64,000 bases of DNA from an uncultured Methanosarcinales archaeon (lineage in GTDB: Archaea > Nanobdellota > Nanobdellia > Woesearchaeales > BS150m-G63): positions 1-64,000 of the forward strand of contig CAZVVW010000004.1 in assembly GCA_964630685.1 (NCBI GenBank). Direction: 5' to 3'. The number at the start of each line of letters is the position of its first letter. Positions within the stretch are counted from its first letter, which is position 1. Below the pieces are notes generated by a model. The model had not been told where the DNA came from. It ran no database searches and saw nothing but the letters and a program-made list of their open reading frames with translations. Shown piece by piece: positions 1 through 9,532 of this stretch. The position numbers and the translations under genes were made by a program.

Positions 1-24
1 TATAAATAACTGGCATCATTATCC

Positions 25-76
<52 letters not shown>

Positions 77-197
77 TTTTCAATATGGTAAATAAATAAA
101 AAATAAAAAAAGAATCGAGATGAAAATCAAATATTCCATAAGAAATGAAGGACACTATCAAATAAATAAATCAGTACCTTATTTTTAAGGTAAAAAA

Positions 198-212
198 CGA
201 AACATTTATATA
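198..212 (+). promoter_or_regulatory. Archaeal BRE/TATA promoter of the TrmB gene
   Basis: CGAAACA-TTTATATA about 38 nt upstream of ATG 250. Confidence 0.55.
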
Positions 213-249
213 TGATTTATTACCTTCCAATAGTAACAAATAACTAAAA

Positions 250-1023
250 ATGATAGTTCAACAAGATTTTTTGACTAAGTTAAAATCACTTGGTCTAAAC
301 AGCTATGAGGCAAAATTATGGACAGCATTACTTTCTTTAGGTACTTCTACAGCAGGCGAATTATCTGATGTAGCAAATGTTCCAAGAAGTAGAAGTTATG
401 ATGTATTAGAGGGATTAGAGAAAAAGGGATTTATAATTGCTAGGTTAGGTAAACCCATAAAATATCTAGCAATACCTCCTGAAGAAGTATTAGATAGGGT
501 AAAACAAAAAGTCAAAAAAGAATATAATGATAAAACTAAATCTATGGATTCTTTAAAAGAAAGCGATATGATGAATGAACTAGATTTATTACATAATAAA
601 GGGGTTAATTTTATAGAACCTTCTGATATTACAGGATCTCTTAAGGGGAGAGATAAAATATATTCTCACCTTAATAGTATGATTAAAAAGGCAGAAAAAA
701 ATATTACTTTAGTTACTAGTGAAGAAGGGGTCAAAAGAAAATTAGACCAATTTGGAAAAGGACTGGAAAAAGCAAATTCTAGAGGCGTAAAAATTAATAT
801 TTGTGCACCTGTTGGGGTGGATAATTTAAAATACCATATTAAAAATTTTATTAATCTAAAAAATATAGGTCAATTAGATGCAAGATTTTGTATTATAGAT
901 AATAAAGAAGTTTTATTAATGCTGACACAAGATAAAAATATTCATAATGATTCAGATGTTGCTGTTTGGTTGAATAGTCCTTTTTTGGCAAATTCTTTGA
1001 GAACACTAATCAAAATAAATTAA
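250..1023 (+). CDS. TrmB-family transcriptional regulator / chromatin protein
   Basis: N-terminal wHTH (GLNSYEAK..TAGELSDVANVPRSRSYDVLEGLEKKG) plus PLD-like C-terminal domain (RFCIIDNKEV). Confidence 0.9.
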   Translation: MIVQQDFLTKLKSLGLNSYEAKLWTALLSLGTSTAGELSDVANVPRSRSYDVLEGLEKKGFIIARLGKPIKYLAIPPEEVLDRVKQKVKKEYNDKTKSMDSLKESDMMNELDLLHNKGVNFIEPSDITGSLKGRDKIYSHLNSMIKKAEKNITLVTSEEGVKRKLDQFGKGLEKANSRGVKINICAPVGVDNLKYHIKNFINLKNIGQLDARFCIIDNKEVLLMLTQDKNIHNDSDVAVWLNSPFLANSLRTLIKIN

Positions 1024-1193
1024 ATAGTTAATCTTAACAATACTTTTTTTGGTTTTAAATAATTAATAGATTATTAAAATATTAAACATTTAATCTTTTT
1101 TAATTATCTAATTTTATTTTTTAAAACAAAACATTTTTATACTCTATCTCCTTATTTTTTGTAAAATACTTTTTTAAAAAGGAGGTCGATAAG

Positions 1194-1397
1194 ATGGCAT
1201 TAACATTGGAACAGCTAACTCTCGCAATAATAGTAGGTACTTTATCTGCAATAGTGTATGCATTAAGAGTTCTTGTGATTTTAGAAAGAAGAATTGCTAG
1301 GATGGATGGCAATATAGTAAAAATCACTAAAAAATTAATTGTAGAAGAACTGAAAATAGAGAAGGCACTAAAAAGAAAAAAAGGAAAAAGAAAATAA
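1194..1397 (+). CDS. Small membrane protein (one TM helix, basic tail)
   Basis: GGAGG Shine-Dalgarno upstream; hydrophobic N-terminus followed by a coiled-coil-like, Lys-rich tail. Confidence 0.7.
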   Translation: MALTLEQLTLAIIVGTLSAIVYALRVLVILERRIARMDGNIVKITKKLIVEELKIEKALKRKKGKRK

Positions 1398-1461
1398 TTT
1401 TATTTTTTTGATTTTATTTTTTAGTTGGATAATTATCTAAATTATGTGCTTTTAATTTAAA

Positions 1462-2364
1462 ATGACTTTTGAAAAAATAGTAAAACAAATCAAAGAATTA
1501 AAAATACAAGGGGCTCAAAATATTGCTATTTCTGCGGTTATGGCTATAAAGTGGTTTTTAGAAAATAAAAGCATTAATTATAAGGAAAACATTTTTTTGG
1601 AAATAAAAAAAAGAGCACAAAGACTAATTTTAACTAGGCCCACAGAACCAGCCATGAGAAATTCACTTAATTATATTATTAAAAACATAAATTCTAAAAA
1701 TTTTGTAAATATAAAAAAAGAAGCAATGGAAAACGCAAATTTCATATTAAAGAGTTTTAAAAAAGCAAATAATTATTTAACAGATATAGGTACAAAAAAA
1801 ATAAGAAATAACAGCATTGTTTTTACACATTGTCATTCTTCTACAGTTTTAAATATATTAAAAAGGGCGCATAACACAGGGAAAAGATTTGAAGTTCATA
1901 ATACTGAAACTAGGCCCCTTTTTCAAGGAAGAAAAACTTCTAGGGAATTAGTCAAGGCAGGCATAAAAAACACACACTATGTAGATTCTGCGATAAATTT
2001 TGCATTAAAAAAAGTAGATTTGGTTTTAATTGGGTGCGATGCAATTCTATCTACAGGGAGAATAATTAACAAAATAGGTACATCTACAATAATAGATTTG
2101 GCAGTTAAACATGATATACCTGTTTATGTATGCACAAATTCTTGGAAATTTGACCCTCAAACGATTTTAGGGTACGAAGAACCCATAGAAAAAAGAAGTA
2201 AACAAGAAGTGTGGCCAAATTCACCTAAAGGAGTTAAAATAGAAAACCCTTCTTTTGAAGTGGTGGATCCAGATAAAATAACAGGAATAATATCTGAATT
2301 AGGCATTTATCAACCAAGCGTTTTTGTAGAAGAACTAAAAAGAGAAAATAAATGGATGTTTTAA
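1462..2364 (+). CDS. Ribose-1,5-bisphosphate isomerase (eIF2B-related family)
   Basis: Motifs IQGA, TRPTE, THCHS (catalytic Cys), ETRP, GCDAI and NKIGT. Confidence 0.8.
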   Translation: MTFEKIVKQIKELKIQGAQNIAISAVMAIKWFLENKSINYKENIFLEIKKRAQRLILTRPTEPAMRNSLNYIIKNINSKNFVNIKKEAMENANFILKSFKKANNYLTDIGTKKIRNNSIVFTHCHSSTVLNILKRAHNTGKRFEVHNTETRPLFQGRKTSRELVKAGIKNTHYVDSAINFALKKVDLVLIGCDAILSTGRIINKIGTSTIIDLAVKHDIPVYVCTNSWKFDPQTILGYEEPIEKRSKQEVWPNSPKGVKIENPSFEVVDPDKITGIISELGIYQPSVFVEELKRENKWMF

Positions 2365-2369
2365 TTAAT

Positions 2370-2858
2370 TTAACTTAATATACTAATTTCTTCTTTTATC
2401 TTTTTGATTGTTTCAATATTATCTTCTTGATTCATTAATAAACCACATTCAGGGCATTTAAAATCAAAATTAGTGGATTGGTCAAAACTTAATCTCATAC
2501 ATTTGTTTTCACAAGTAAAAAAAAGGGACCCATTTTCTCTTTCTAATCTTTCTTGTAATTTTTCTATTTTTTTCTTTTTTAAGTTTAATATCAAATATTT
2601 GATTTGGTCTGTATTAATTGTCCAATAATAAATATACCATCCTTTTTTCTTGTCTTTTTTACGTATAGATGAAACAACATTAAAATTAACTAATTTATAG
2701 AGTAAAAATCTTACTTCTTTAATATCTTTTTCTAAAACTTCAGCTATTTTAAATTCAGATATGTTTTTTTTGTTTTTGAGATAATTAACTATTAAAAGGG
2801 CTTCTTCGCCAGCTACCTCTCTTATTACATATTCTATTATTTTGTTTGATAGTCTCAT
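2370..2858 (-). CDS. tfe: Transcription factor E (TFE alpha)
   Basis: wHTH with RKKDKKKGWYIYYW and Zn ribbon C..C...FKCPECG. Confidence 0.9.
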   Translation of the reverse strand: MRLSNKIIEYVIREVAGEEALLIVNYLKNKKNISEFKIAEVLEKDIKEVRFLLYKLVNFNVVSSIRKKDKKKGWYIYYWTINTDQIKYLILNLKKKKIEKLQERLERENGSLFFTCENKCMRLSFDQSTNFDFKCPECGLLMNQEDNIETIKKIKEEISILS

Positions 2859-2974
2859 CTGCTTAGAAAATCTGTTTTATATCTCATTTTGTGCTTATTT
2901 TATACCTTAATTATGGGGAAAGGGGTTTATAAACCTTTTGGTTATTATAGAGGAGAATTTCCGAAGCAAACAAA

Positions 2975-3340
2975 TCAATAGCTTTTTTGAATGTCAGATA
3001 TATCTTTTATTTTTTCAAAAAATATTTTTTTTTCTTTGCCTTTTTTAATTAAAAGGTAAAAATCACAATCAAAACCCATTTCAATCAAATTTTGCCGTGT
3101 TTTAAAATATTTTTCTAGTTGGTTCCTTTTTTTTTGATTTTCAAAAGGGTAATATTTTGGTTTTCTCGTAGATTTACTTTCTACAATCGCTATTTTTTCT
3201 TTGCCTTCTTGGTTATAAAACAAGACCCAATCAATTTGTTCTGGATTAATTAATTTAAATATTTGTTGGGTATTAAATTTTTCTTGGAGTATTTTTCTAC
3301 TTTCTCTTTCCCACAATTGACCCAATATTCTAGGATTCAT
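2975..3340 (-). CDS. Small PD-(D/E)XK-fold nuclease-like protein (Hjc/YraN-like)
   Basis: N-terminal G..WER helix, then IDW and IVESKS resembling the D...ExK active site. Confidence 0.5.
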   Translation of the reverse strand: MNPRILGQLWERESRKILQEKFNTQQIFKLINPEQIDWVLFYNQEGKEKIAIVESKSTRKPKYYPFENQKKRNQLEKYFKTRQNLIEMGFDCDFYLLIKKGKEKKIFFEKIKDISDIQKSY

Positions 3341-3444
3341 TGTTTACTTTTTAATTTAAGAAGTTTATATATTTTTCTTTATAAATTAATTTAAGAACAA
3401 CTAAAATCAAAAATTTTATAATCTGGTTGAGTTTATATATTAAA

Positions 3445-3654
3445 ATGATAAATAGAACATTACCTTTGGCTGCAATGGAGAAGTTATTAAAAAAATCAGG
3501 GGCAGAAAGAGTATCTGATAGTGCAAAAATTACTTTAAGAGACTCTTTAGAAGGAATAGCAGAAGAAATAGCTACTCAGGCGATGAAATTAGCCTCTCAT
3601 GCAGGAAGGAAAACAATAAAAAGCGAAGATATAAAACTTGCAGCAAGGGATTAA
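3445..3654 (+). CDS. Archaeal histone (HMf type)
   Basis: LPLAAMEKLLKKSGAERVS...HAGRKTIKSEDIKLA histone fold; ATG 3445 preferred over TTG 3427. Confidence 0.95.
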   Translation: MINRTLPLAAMEKLLKKSGAERVSDSAKITLRDSLEGIAEEIATQAMKLASHAGRKTIKSEDIKLAARD

Positions 3655-3662
3655 ATAATCCA

Positions 3663-4562
3663 TTATAATTTTATTTTCATAAAATCTTCTGCACAAACAA
3701 CATCATCAAAAAAGTTTCTGGCATCTTCTTCTAATTCTTGGGTGTTTTTATATCTATTGCTGAAGTGCATTAAGATCAATTTTTTCACATTAGATTTATT
3801 TGCTATCAATGCTGCTTGTTTGGATGTTAAATGATAATATTTAGTTGCTTTGTTTTTTAATTTACTGCTATAAGAAGATTCACAAATAAGCAAGTCTGCA
3901 TTTTTTGCAATCTCATAACAATTATCACATAAAAGGGTGTCTGAAATAATACCTATTTTTTTACCTTCCACTAAATAAGTGAATTTATCAGGGTCTATTT
4001 TTTTGTTTTTCCATTTAATTTCTTTTCCTTCTTGTAATTTTCCCAATAAAGGGCCTTCAGGAATACCTAATTTTTTTATTTCTTGGACACTGATCCTTCT
4101 TTTATCTTTTTCAGTAAAAGAGTAGGCCAAAGAATATATCCCATGTTCTAAAGGAAGGGATTCTAATTTGAATTTTGAATTTTCAAAGAAAACACCTTCA
4201 CTAACTTCTTTTATTTCTATTTTTATTTTTTTATCAGAAGGAAACGCACTAAATATGTAATCTATATTCTTTTTTGTTCCTTTAGGGCCATATAATTTAA
4301 GCGTTTTAGAATAATCAGTGGTAGCAAGGCTTTGTAATACTCCTGGTAAACCAAATACGTGGTCTCCATGCCAATGGCTGATTAATATTTTAGTTATTTT
4401 AGTGAGACTAATTCCTGCAATTTTTAATTGTCTTTGGGTTCCTTCACCACAATCAATAAGAATTCCTTCAGAGCCATAGCTAAGAAACAGAGATTGTTGA
4501 TTCCTTTCTTTTGTTGGAGTCATACAGGAAGTACCCAAAAAAGTTAATATCATTTTAATCAT
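3663..4562 (-). CDS. rnz: Ribonuclease Z
   Basis: FLGTS, DCGEGTQRQ, SHWHGDH metallo-beta-lactamase motif, GP-rich exosite arm, HFSNRY. Confidence 0.95.
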   Translation of the reverse strand: MIKMILTFLGTSCMTPTKERNQQSLFLSYGSEGILIDCGEGTQRQLKIAGISLTKITKILISHWHGDHVFGLPGVLQSLATTDYSKTLKLYGPKGTKKNIDYIFSAFPSDKKIKIEIKEVSEGVFFENSKFKLESLPLEHGIYSLAYSFTEKDKRRISVQEIKKLGIPEGPLLGKLQEGKEIKWKNKKIDPDKFTYLVEGKKIGIISDTLLCDNCYEIAKNADLLICESSYSSKLKNKATKYYHLTSKQAALIANKSNVKKLILMHFSNRYKNTQELEEDARNFFDDVVCAEDFMKIKL

Positions 4563-4648
4563 CAGTTAATTATTTGAGATTATATATCTTTTGTTTTTGT
4601 TTCTTTAAAACCAAACATTTTTTAAACATATTTTATTTTATTAAATTT

Positions 4649-5185
4649 ATGGCTAAAAAAAACATAGTAAAGGCAATTTTTGCTGAAGAAAGGGTACTAA
4701 CAGAAAAAAGCGATTCTGCCAGAGTTTTTTATGATAAAAGTAGGTTTGGAAATATTTTGGAAAATGGAAAACTACAATTATCTCTTTTAGAGGCACTATA
4801 CCTCATAGAAAAAGAAAATTTAATTGTTTTAGATGGAAGAAACAAAGAAATAGATTTTGATAAATTCATCAAGAAATCCAAAAGAAAGGAACCTAATTTT
4901 TGGGTAAGATATTGTGTATTTAAAGACTTAAGGAATAGAGGTTACATTGTTAAAACTGCATTGAAGTTTGGGGCTGATTTTAGGGTTTATGATAGAGGCA
5001 TTAAGCCAGGAGAGGATCACGCTAGGTGGGTGGTTTATCCAGTCCACGAAGCTAGCGGGCTTACTTGGTACGATTTTGCAGCTAAAAATAGGGTCGCACA
5101 CTCAACAAAAAAGAGACTTATGATGGGTATTGTAGATGATGAAGGTGATGTAACTTATTATGAAATAAGGTGGATAAGGCCTTAA
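4649..5185 (+). CDS. endA: tRNA splicing endonuclease (single unit, likely alpha4 type)
   Basis: LSLLEALYL, DLRNRGYIVKTALKFGADFRVY, H and RVAHSTKK catalytic residues; ATG 4649 is the likely start. Confidence 0.95.
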   Translation: MAKKNIVKAIFAEERVLTEKSDSARVFYDKSRFGNILENGKLQLSLLEALYLIEKENLIVLDGRNKEIDFDKFIKKSKRKEPNFWVRYCVFKDLRNRGYIVKTALKFGADFRVYDRGIKPGEDHARWVVYPVHEASGLTWYDFAAKNRVAHSTKKRLMMGIVDDEGDVTYYEIRWIRP

Positions 5186-5267
5186 TTTTTTCTTATTTTT
5201 ATTATTCGAGTTAAACAAACCCCCAAAATAAAAAACTATTTATATCTATTAATTTTATATTTATTTT

Positions 5268-6215
5268 ATGGGGGGGGAAACCGAATTTATACTTAAAAAG
5301 AAGACTATTCTACGTTTAATTAGTGAAAAAGGGCCAGTAATCCCTGCTCAAGTGTATAAAGAAATAGGGGAAAATGTATTGATGGCTTCTGCACTTTTAT
5401 CTGAAATGGCATCAGAAAAATCAATTAAAATTTCTTCTATTAAAATTGGTGGCAGCCCACTTTATTATTTTGAAGGGCAAGAACACCTACTTGAAAAATA
5501 TATAGAAAAATTACATGAAAAAGAACAAAAATCAATAGAACTATTAAAACAAAAAAAAGTGCTGATGGATAGATTATTAGATCCAGTGGTTAGGGTTTCT
5601 TTAAGGCAATTAAAAGATTTTGCAAAGGCATTTGAAGTCAAAATAGGTGAAAATAAAGAGGTGTTTTGGAAGTGGCACTCTTTTCCTTCCAATGAACTTG
5701 AACCAAAAGTAAAAGAAATTTGGAGAAGCACCAAAACGCCCACAAAAACAATAAAAAACCTACAGCCACAACCATCACAATTTAACCAAGATAAAGATAA
5801 TAATAACAAACTAAAAACCCCACTCAAACAACAAATTAAAAAAATAACTAAAGTATCAGAAAAAACAAAAAAACTAACAAAAAAAGAGGTCAAAAAGAAA
5901 AAAGATGAATTTTTGTTGAGGGTACTACGAAATTTTGAGCAAGATAACTTGAAAGTTCTTAGCCAAGAGAATTTAAAGACCAATAAAGAATCTGAATTTG
6001 TTGTTAAAATACCTTCAGCAGTAGGGAATTTAATTTATTATTGTAAGGCAATAAATAAAAAGAAATGTAGTGATAAAGACTTGAGTTCTGCATTTGTTCA
6101 AGGACAATTAAAAAAACTACCAGTGTTGTTTTTGACAACAGGGGAATTAACTAAAAAAGCAAAAGAAATGCTAAAAAAAGAATTTAAATCAATGGTCATA
6201 AAAAGGGTGTCATAA
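5268..6215 (+). CDS. Hypothetical protein abutting fen (wHTH-like N-terminus, low-complexity linker, alpha/beta C-terminal domain)
   Basis: Long ORF whose TAA directly abuts the fen ATG; TATA box upstream. Confidence 0.75.
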   Translation: MGGETEFILKKKTILRLISEKGPVIPAQVYKEIGENVLMASALLSEMASEKSIKISSIKIGGSPLYYFEGQEHLLEKYIEKLHEKEQKSIELLKQKKVLMDRLLDPVVRVSLRQLKDFAKAFEVKIGENKEVFWKWHSFPSNELEPKVKEIWRSTKTPTKTIKNLQPQPSQFNQDKDNNNKLKTPLKQQIKKITKVSEKTKKLTKKEVKKKKDEFLLRVLRNFEQDNLKVLSQENLKTNKESEFVVKIPSAVGNLIYYCKAINKKKCSDKDLSSAFVQGQLKKLPVLFLTTGELTKKAKEMLKKEFKSMVIKRVS

Positions 6216-7250
6216 ATGGGAGTAGCACTAAAAGATTTAGTTGTAAGAAAAGACGTTTCTTTTGAAGAATTAAAAGATAAAATTCTTGTTGTTGATGCAT
6301 ATAATAATTTATACCAATATATTACCACAATTAGGCAAAGAGATGGATCTTTATTGACAGATTCAAAAGGAAATGTGACCTCACATCTTATTGGTTTGTT
6401 TTCTAGAACTACTAGTCTTATTCAAAAAGGATTAAAATTGGCCTTTGTTTTTGATGGTGAAGCCCCAGAAATGAAAAAAGAAGAAAGGGAAAGGAGAAAA
6501 GAAATAAAAATAGAAGCAGAAAAAAAATATCAAGAAGCAGAAAAAAAAGGAGATAAAGAAGAGATGAAAAAATATGCCCCTAGAACTTCTAAATTAACAC
6601 CTAAAATGGTTGAAGAAGCAAAGATGATGGTTAAGGCATTGGGTTTGCCAGTCATTCAAGCACCAAGTGAAGGGGAAGCACAGGCAGCAAAAATGGTCAA
6701 CAAAGGAGATGCGTTTGCAATAATTAGTCAAGATTATGATTCTTTATTATATGGTGCAGAAAGAGTGATCCAAAATTTGAGTGTTTCTACTAAAAGAAAA
6801 ATTAAAGGGTCTGTTGCGTATCAAACAATTAAACCCAGCATGATTGGTTTAAGTGAAAATTTAAACCACCTGGGGTTGGATCAAGATCAATTAATTGTTT
6901 TATCTATTTTAGTTGGAACAGATTATAATCTTGGAGGTGTAAAAGGTATTGGGCCTAAAACAGCACTTAAATTAGTTAAACAATATGGTTCTGATTTTGA
7001 TGATTTATTTAAAGAGTCAAAATGGGGAGACCATTTTAATTTTCCTTGGACAGACGTATATTATATTATAAAGAAAATGCCTTGGAAAAAAGATTATAAT
7101 TTGAATTGGGGTGAACCAAACGAACAAGAGCTTAGAAAATTATTGGTAGAAGAACACAATTTTTCAGAAGAAAGGTTTGAGAAAACAATTAAAAAATTAA
7201 TGAAAAATAAAGAATCGAGAAAACAAAAAGGTCTTGGAGATTTTTTTTAG
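6216..7250 (+). CDS. fen: Flap endonuclease 1
   Basis: MGV start, FVFDG, APSEGEAQAA, SQDYDSLLYGA, GTDYN, GIGPKTA and C-terminal PIP box QKGLGDFF. Confidence 0.97.
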   Translation: MGVALKDLVVRKDVSFEELKDKILVVDAYNNLYQYITTIRQRDGSLLTDSKGNVTSHLIGLFSRTTSLIQKGLKLAFVFDGEAPEMKKEERERRKEIKIEAEKKYQEAEKKGDKEEMKKYAPRTSKLTPKMVEEAKMMVKALGLPVIQAPSEGEAQAAKMVNKGDAFAIISQDYDSLLYGAERVIQNLSVSTKRKIKGSVAYQTIKPSMIGLSENLNHLGLDQDQLIVLSILVGTDYNLGGVKGIGPKTALKLVKQYGSDFDDLFKESKWGDHFNFPWTDVYYIIKKMPWKKDYNLNWGEPNEQELRKLLVEEHNFSEERFEKTIKKLMKNKESRKQKGLGDFF

Positions 7251-8425
7251 ATTTTTAAAACATATATTGGCGTGAGTTCTGTAATTATTTTAGCCATACC
7301 TAAATCTTCTGTTTTTTGAATGACTTCTCTTCCCCTATAAGTGAATTGGAGTTCTCTAACGTTTGAGATTATTTTTTTCCCTACCCCATTGGCCATTTCT
7401 ACCTCAAAAAATCTTTTATTGTTTGTTTCAAAAACATTATCTACAGTCAACGAATCTAAGAATTTATATCCCCCTCCATGTGGGAGGATGTTTGCATTTT
7501 TTAGTCTATTATAAACACCCATTTTTTTTGCTCTTTTCGTAAACCCCAGAGATTCTATTTGGTCTTTTGTGAAATTTTTGTTTCCGCGTACTAAATAAGA
7601 AGGGATATCTGCCCTAATAGATACTGGAAAAATTTGTTTTTTATTTTTTATTGGTTGGCAACCTAAAACTATTTCGTTGGGATTTAAGAGTCCTTGGTGG
7701 CAAATATTGGAAATAATTTTACCATTAAATAATGTGTTGAATGCTATTTCTCTTCTTTTATTTGCAAATTCTTCTGCGTATTTGTAAAATTTAAAATATT
7801 TTTTTAGTTCTTGTCCTTGAAGTGTATGTAAGGGCCCCCAAGGGGTTTTTATTCTGTTGCTCATTTCTAATAATTTTTTGCTATGGTTCCAATAAAGACC
7901 AAAACCCACATCACTATCCTCTTTTAATTCTGGACAACCAGCATGCATTATTGCAGCATATTTTGGAAAATTAGTTGAGTGATTATGTACTTCAAAAATA
8001 TCTATGAAATGGTTACCTTTATAAAAATCCCATTTTATTTTTGTGCCTTTTATTTCAATATTGCTTTTTTGTAATTCCTTTATTTTATTTATTAGTTCTT
8101 TTGGTTTAGGTACCTTATCTATGGATCCTACAAGCATACCGCAAGCATTAGGCAAAGAATCTAAGATTGTTAAGTTTTCTTTTCCCCCTCCCCAACTCAA
8201 TTTCCCTCCATAAGAAATACCAGATTCCCATCTTCCAATATTTCTTGTTACTGTTTCATCGGGAGTTGTGATAAAGGTGGCATTGGGTTCCATACCTAGG
8301 CCTTCTTGGACATAATGTATCTTGGCTAAGCCATACTTCATATTTTCCTGACTTAAGCGAGATGCAGCATCATTTATTCCTGTTGAGAAAATATGTTTTT
8401 TTGCTCTTTCTAAATTTATTTTCAT
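7247..8425 (-). CDS. Highly divergent RtcB-superfamily protein (RNA ligase / guanylyltransferase-like)
   Basis: Ordered motifs TPD, NACGM, GNHFIDI, MHAG, CHQG, PHGGG, TYRG and C-terminal PIYVLK match RtcB MPD, DIxCG, GNHF, HSG, HN, HGAG, AYK and P...K; start 8425 overlaps the upstream stop (ATGA). Confidence 0.7.
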   Translation of the reverse strand: MKINLERAKKHIFSTGINDAASRLSQENMKYGLAKIHYVQEGLGMEPNATFITTPDETVTRNIGRWESGISYGGKLSWGGGKENLTILDSLPNACGMLVGSIDKVPKPKELINKIKELQKSNIEIKGTKIKWDFYKGNHFIDIFEVHNHSTNFPKYAAIMHAGCPELKEDSDVGFGLYWNHSKKLLEMSNRIKTPWGPLHTLQGQELKKYFKFYKYAEEFANKRREIAFNTLFNGKIISNICHQGLLNPNEIVLGCQPIKNKKQIFPVSIRADIPSYLVRGNKNFTKDQIESLGFTKRAKKMGVYNRLKNANILPHGGGYKFLDSLTVDNVFETNNKRFFEVEMANGVGKKIISNVRELQFTYRGREVIQKTEDLGMAKIITELTPIYVLKI

Positions 8426-9531
8426 TTTTTTATTAAATTTACAATTTTTAGTTTTTTTGCATAAGTAAAAACATAATTTAATACCATAAATAATCCAATA
8501 CCAATTACTACCGACATCACAGTCCAAAACAAGAGGTCTTTAGTACTGAAAGAAATAATTTCTCCAACAGCCCCATTATCAGTCATCTTTAATATTATTT
8601 TTGCGCCAGGCATAGCCCCCAAACCCACAATTGTAGCAATAGTTCCAATTGCAAAAATAACTTGAAGAATATTCATTTCTTTTTGCTCATTTTCATTATA
8701 AATAAAGCCTATCAAATCTAAGGTAGAACTTATGTATTCTTTAGTCATATTAAACTGGTCCTTTATATAATTATTTAACCCAACCATTTCTTTGAAATCA
8801 TTGAGTTTTAAATCTTCAAGAACATTTAAAATATTACATTCATCCAACCGTTCGTTTAAGAAATCATCTAATTGGTTGATTTTTTGAAGGGTAGAAATAA
8901 TCAATCTTTTTTTCTCTAACAATTCATCTATTATCAAAGGCAGATCCTTGTATGTTAATTTTTTTTGCTTTCTAAGTTTTTTAACTTCTTGCTCTATTTT
9001 TTTATTATGAACTAAAAGGATTTTTGTTAATTTTTGATAATCTGCTAAAATTATTTGATTTTCAACTAACTCATTTAATTTAGATTTATTTAATTTTATC
9101 TTACTATAAATTGCTAAACCCCCCCCATAATCTTTTGTTAAATATTTTCCTTTAAAAGTATAATCATGAGACCTACCCAATTTTTTATATATCTTTTTAA
9201 TGGGCCCTTGGGGATTTGTGATTATGATGGTTGGTTTTTTTTCATATACTGCATTTTTAAAAAAAGAAGATGCCTCACTATTTGAACTTAATTTGGAAAT
9301 AACATTCTTTTTTAACCAAGAATATAATTCATTTATTTTATTTAAATCTTCTTTGGTTTTTATATATATTAAACCATCCTGAGCAATTTTTATTGTGGTT
9401 TTGGAATCTTTTTTTATTAAGATATAATCAAAATCAGCCCTAGTATATTCAAATTTTTGTTTTAATTTATGTTTTAAATCCAATAAATGTATCTTTGTCA
9501 AATAAACATATGTTCCTATTATCAATTCCAT
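8422..9531 (-). CDS. CorA-like architecture membrane protein (soluble N-domain, long helices, two C-terminal TM segments)
   Basis: Helical stalk ending EQKEMNILQVIFAIGTIATIVGLGAMP, then a second TM helix and a basic tail; no canonical GMN. Confidence 0.55.
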   Translation of the reverse strand: MELIIGTYVYLTKIHLLDLKHKLKQKFEYTRADFDYILIKKDSKTTIKIAQDGLIYIKTKEDLNKINELYSWLKKNVISKLSSNSEASSFFKNAVYEKKPTIIITNPQGPIKKIYKKLGRSHDYTFKGKYLTKDYGGGLAIYSKIKLNKSKLNELVENQIILADYQKLTKILLVHNKKIEQEVKKLRKQKKLTYKDLPLIIDELLEKKRLIISTLQKINQLDDFLNERLDECNILNVLEDLKLNDFKEMVGLNNYIKDQFNMTKEYISSTLDLIGFIYNENEQKEMNILQVIFAIGTIATIVGLGAMPGAKIILKMTDNGAVGEIISFSTKDLLFWTVMSVVIGIGLFMVLNYVFTYAKKLKIVNLIKK

Positions 9532-9532
9532 T

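Noticed and set aside
8426..8527. N-terminal extension of the 426-aa ORF
   Set aside because: It overlaps the upstream gene in another frame; the ATGA overlap at 8422-8425 gives a better start
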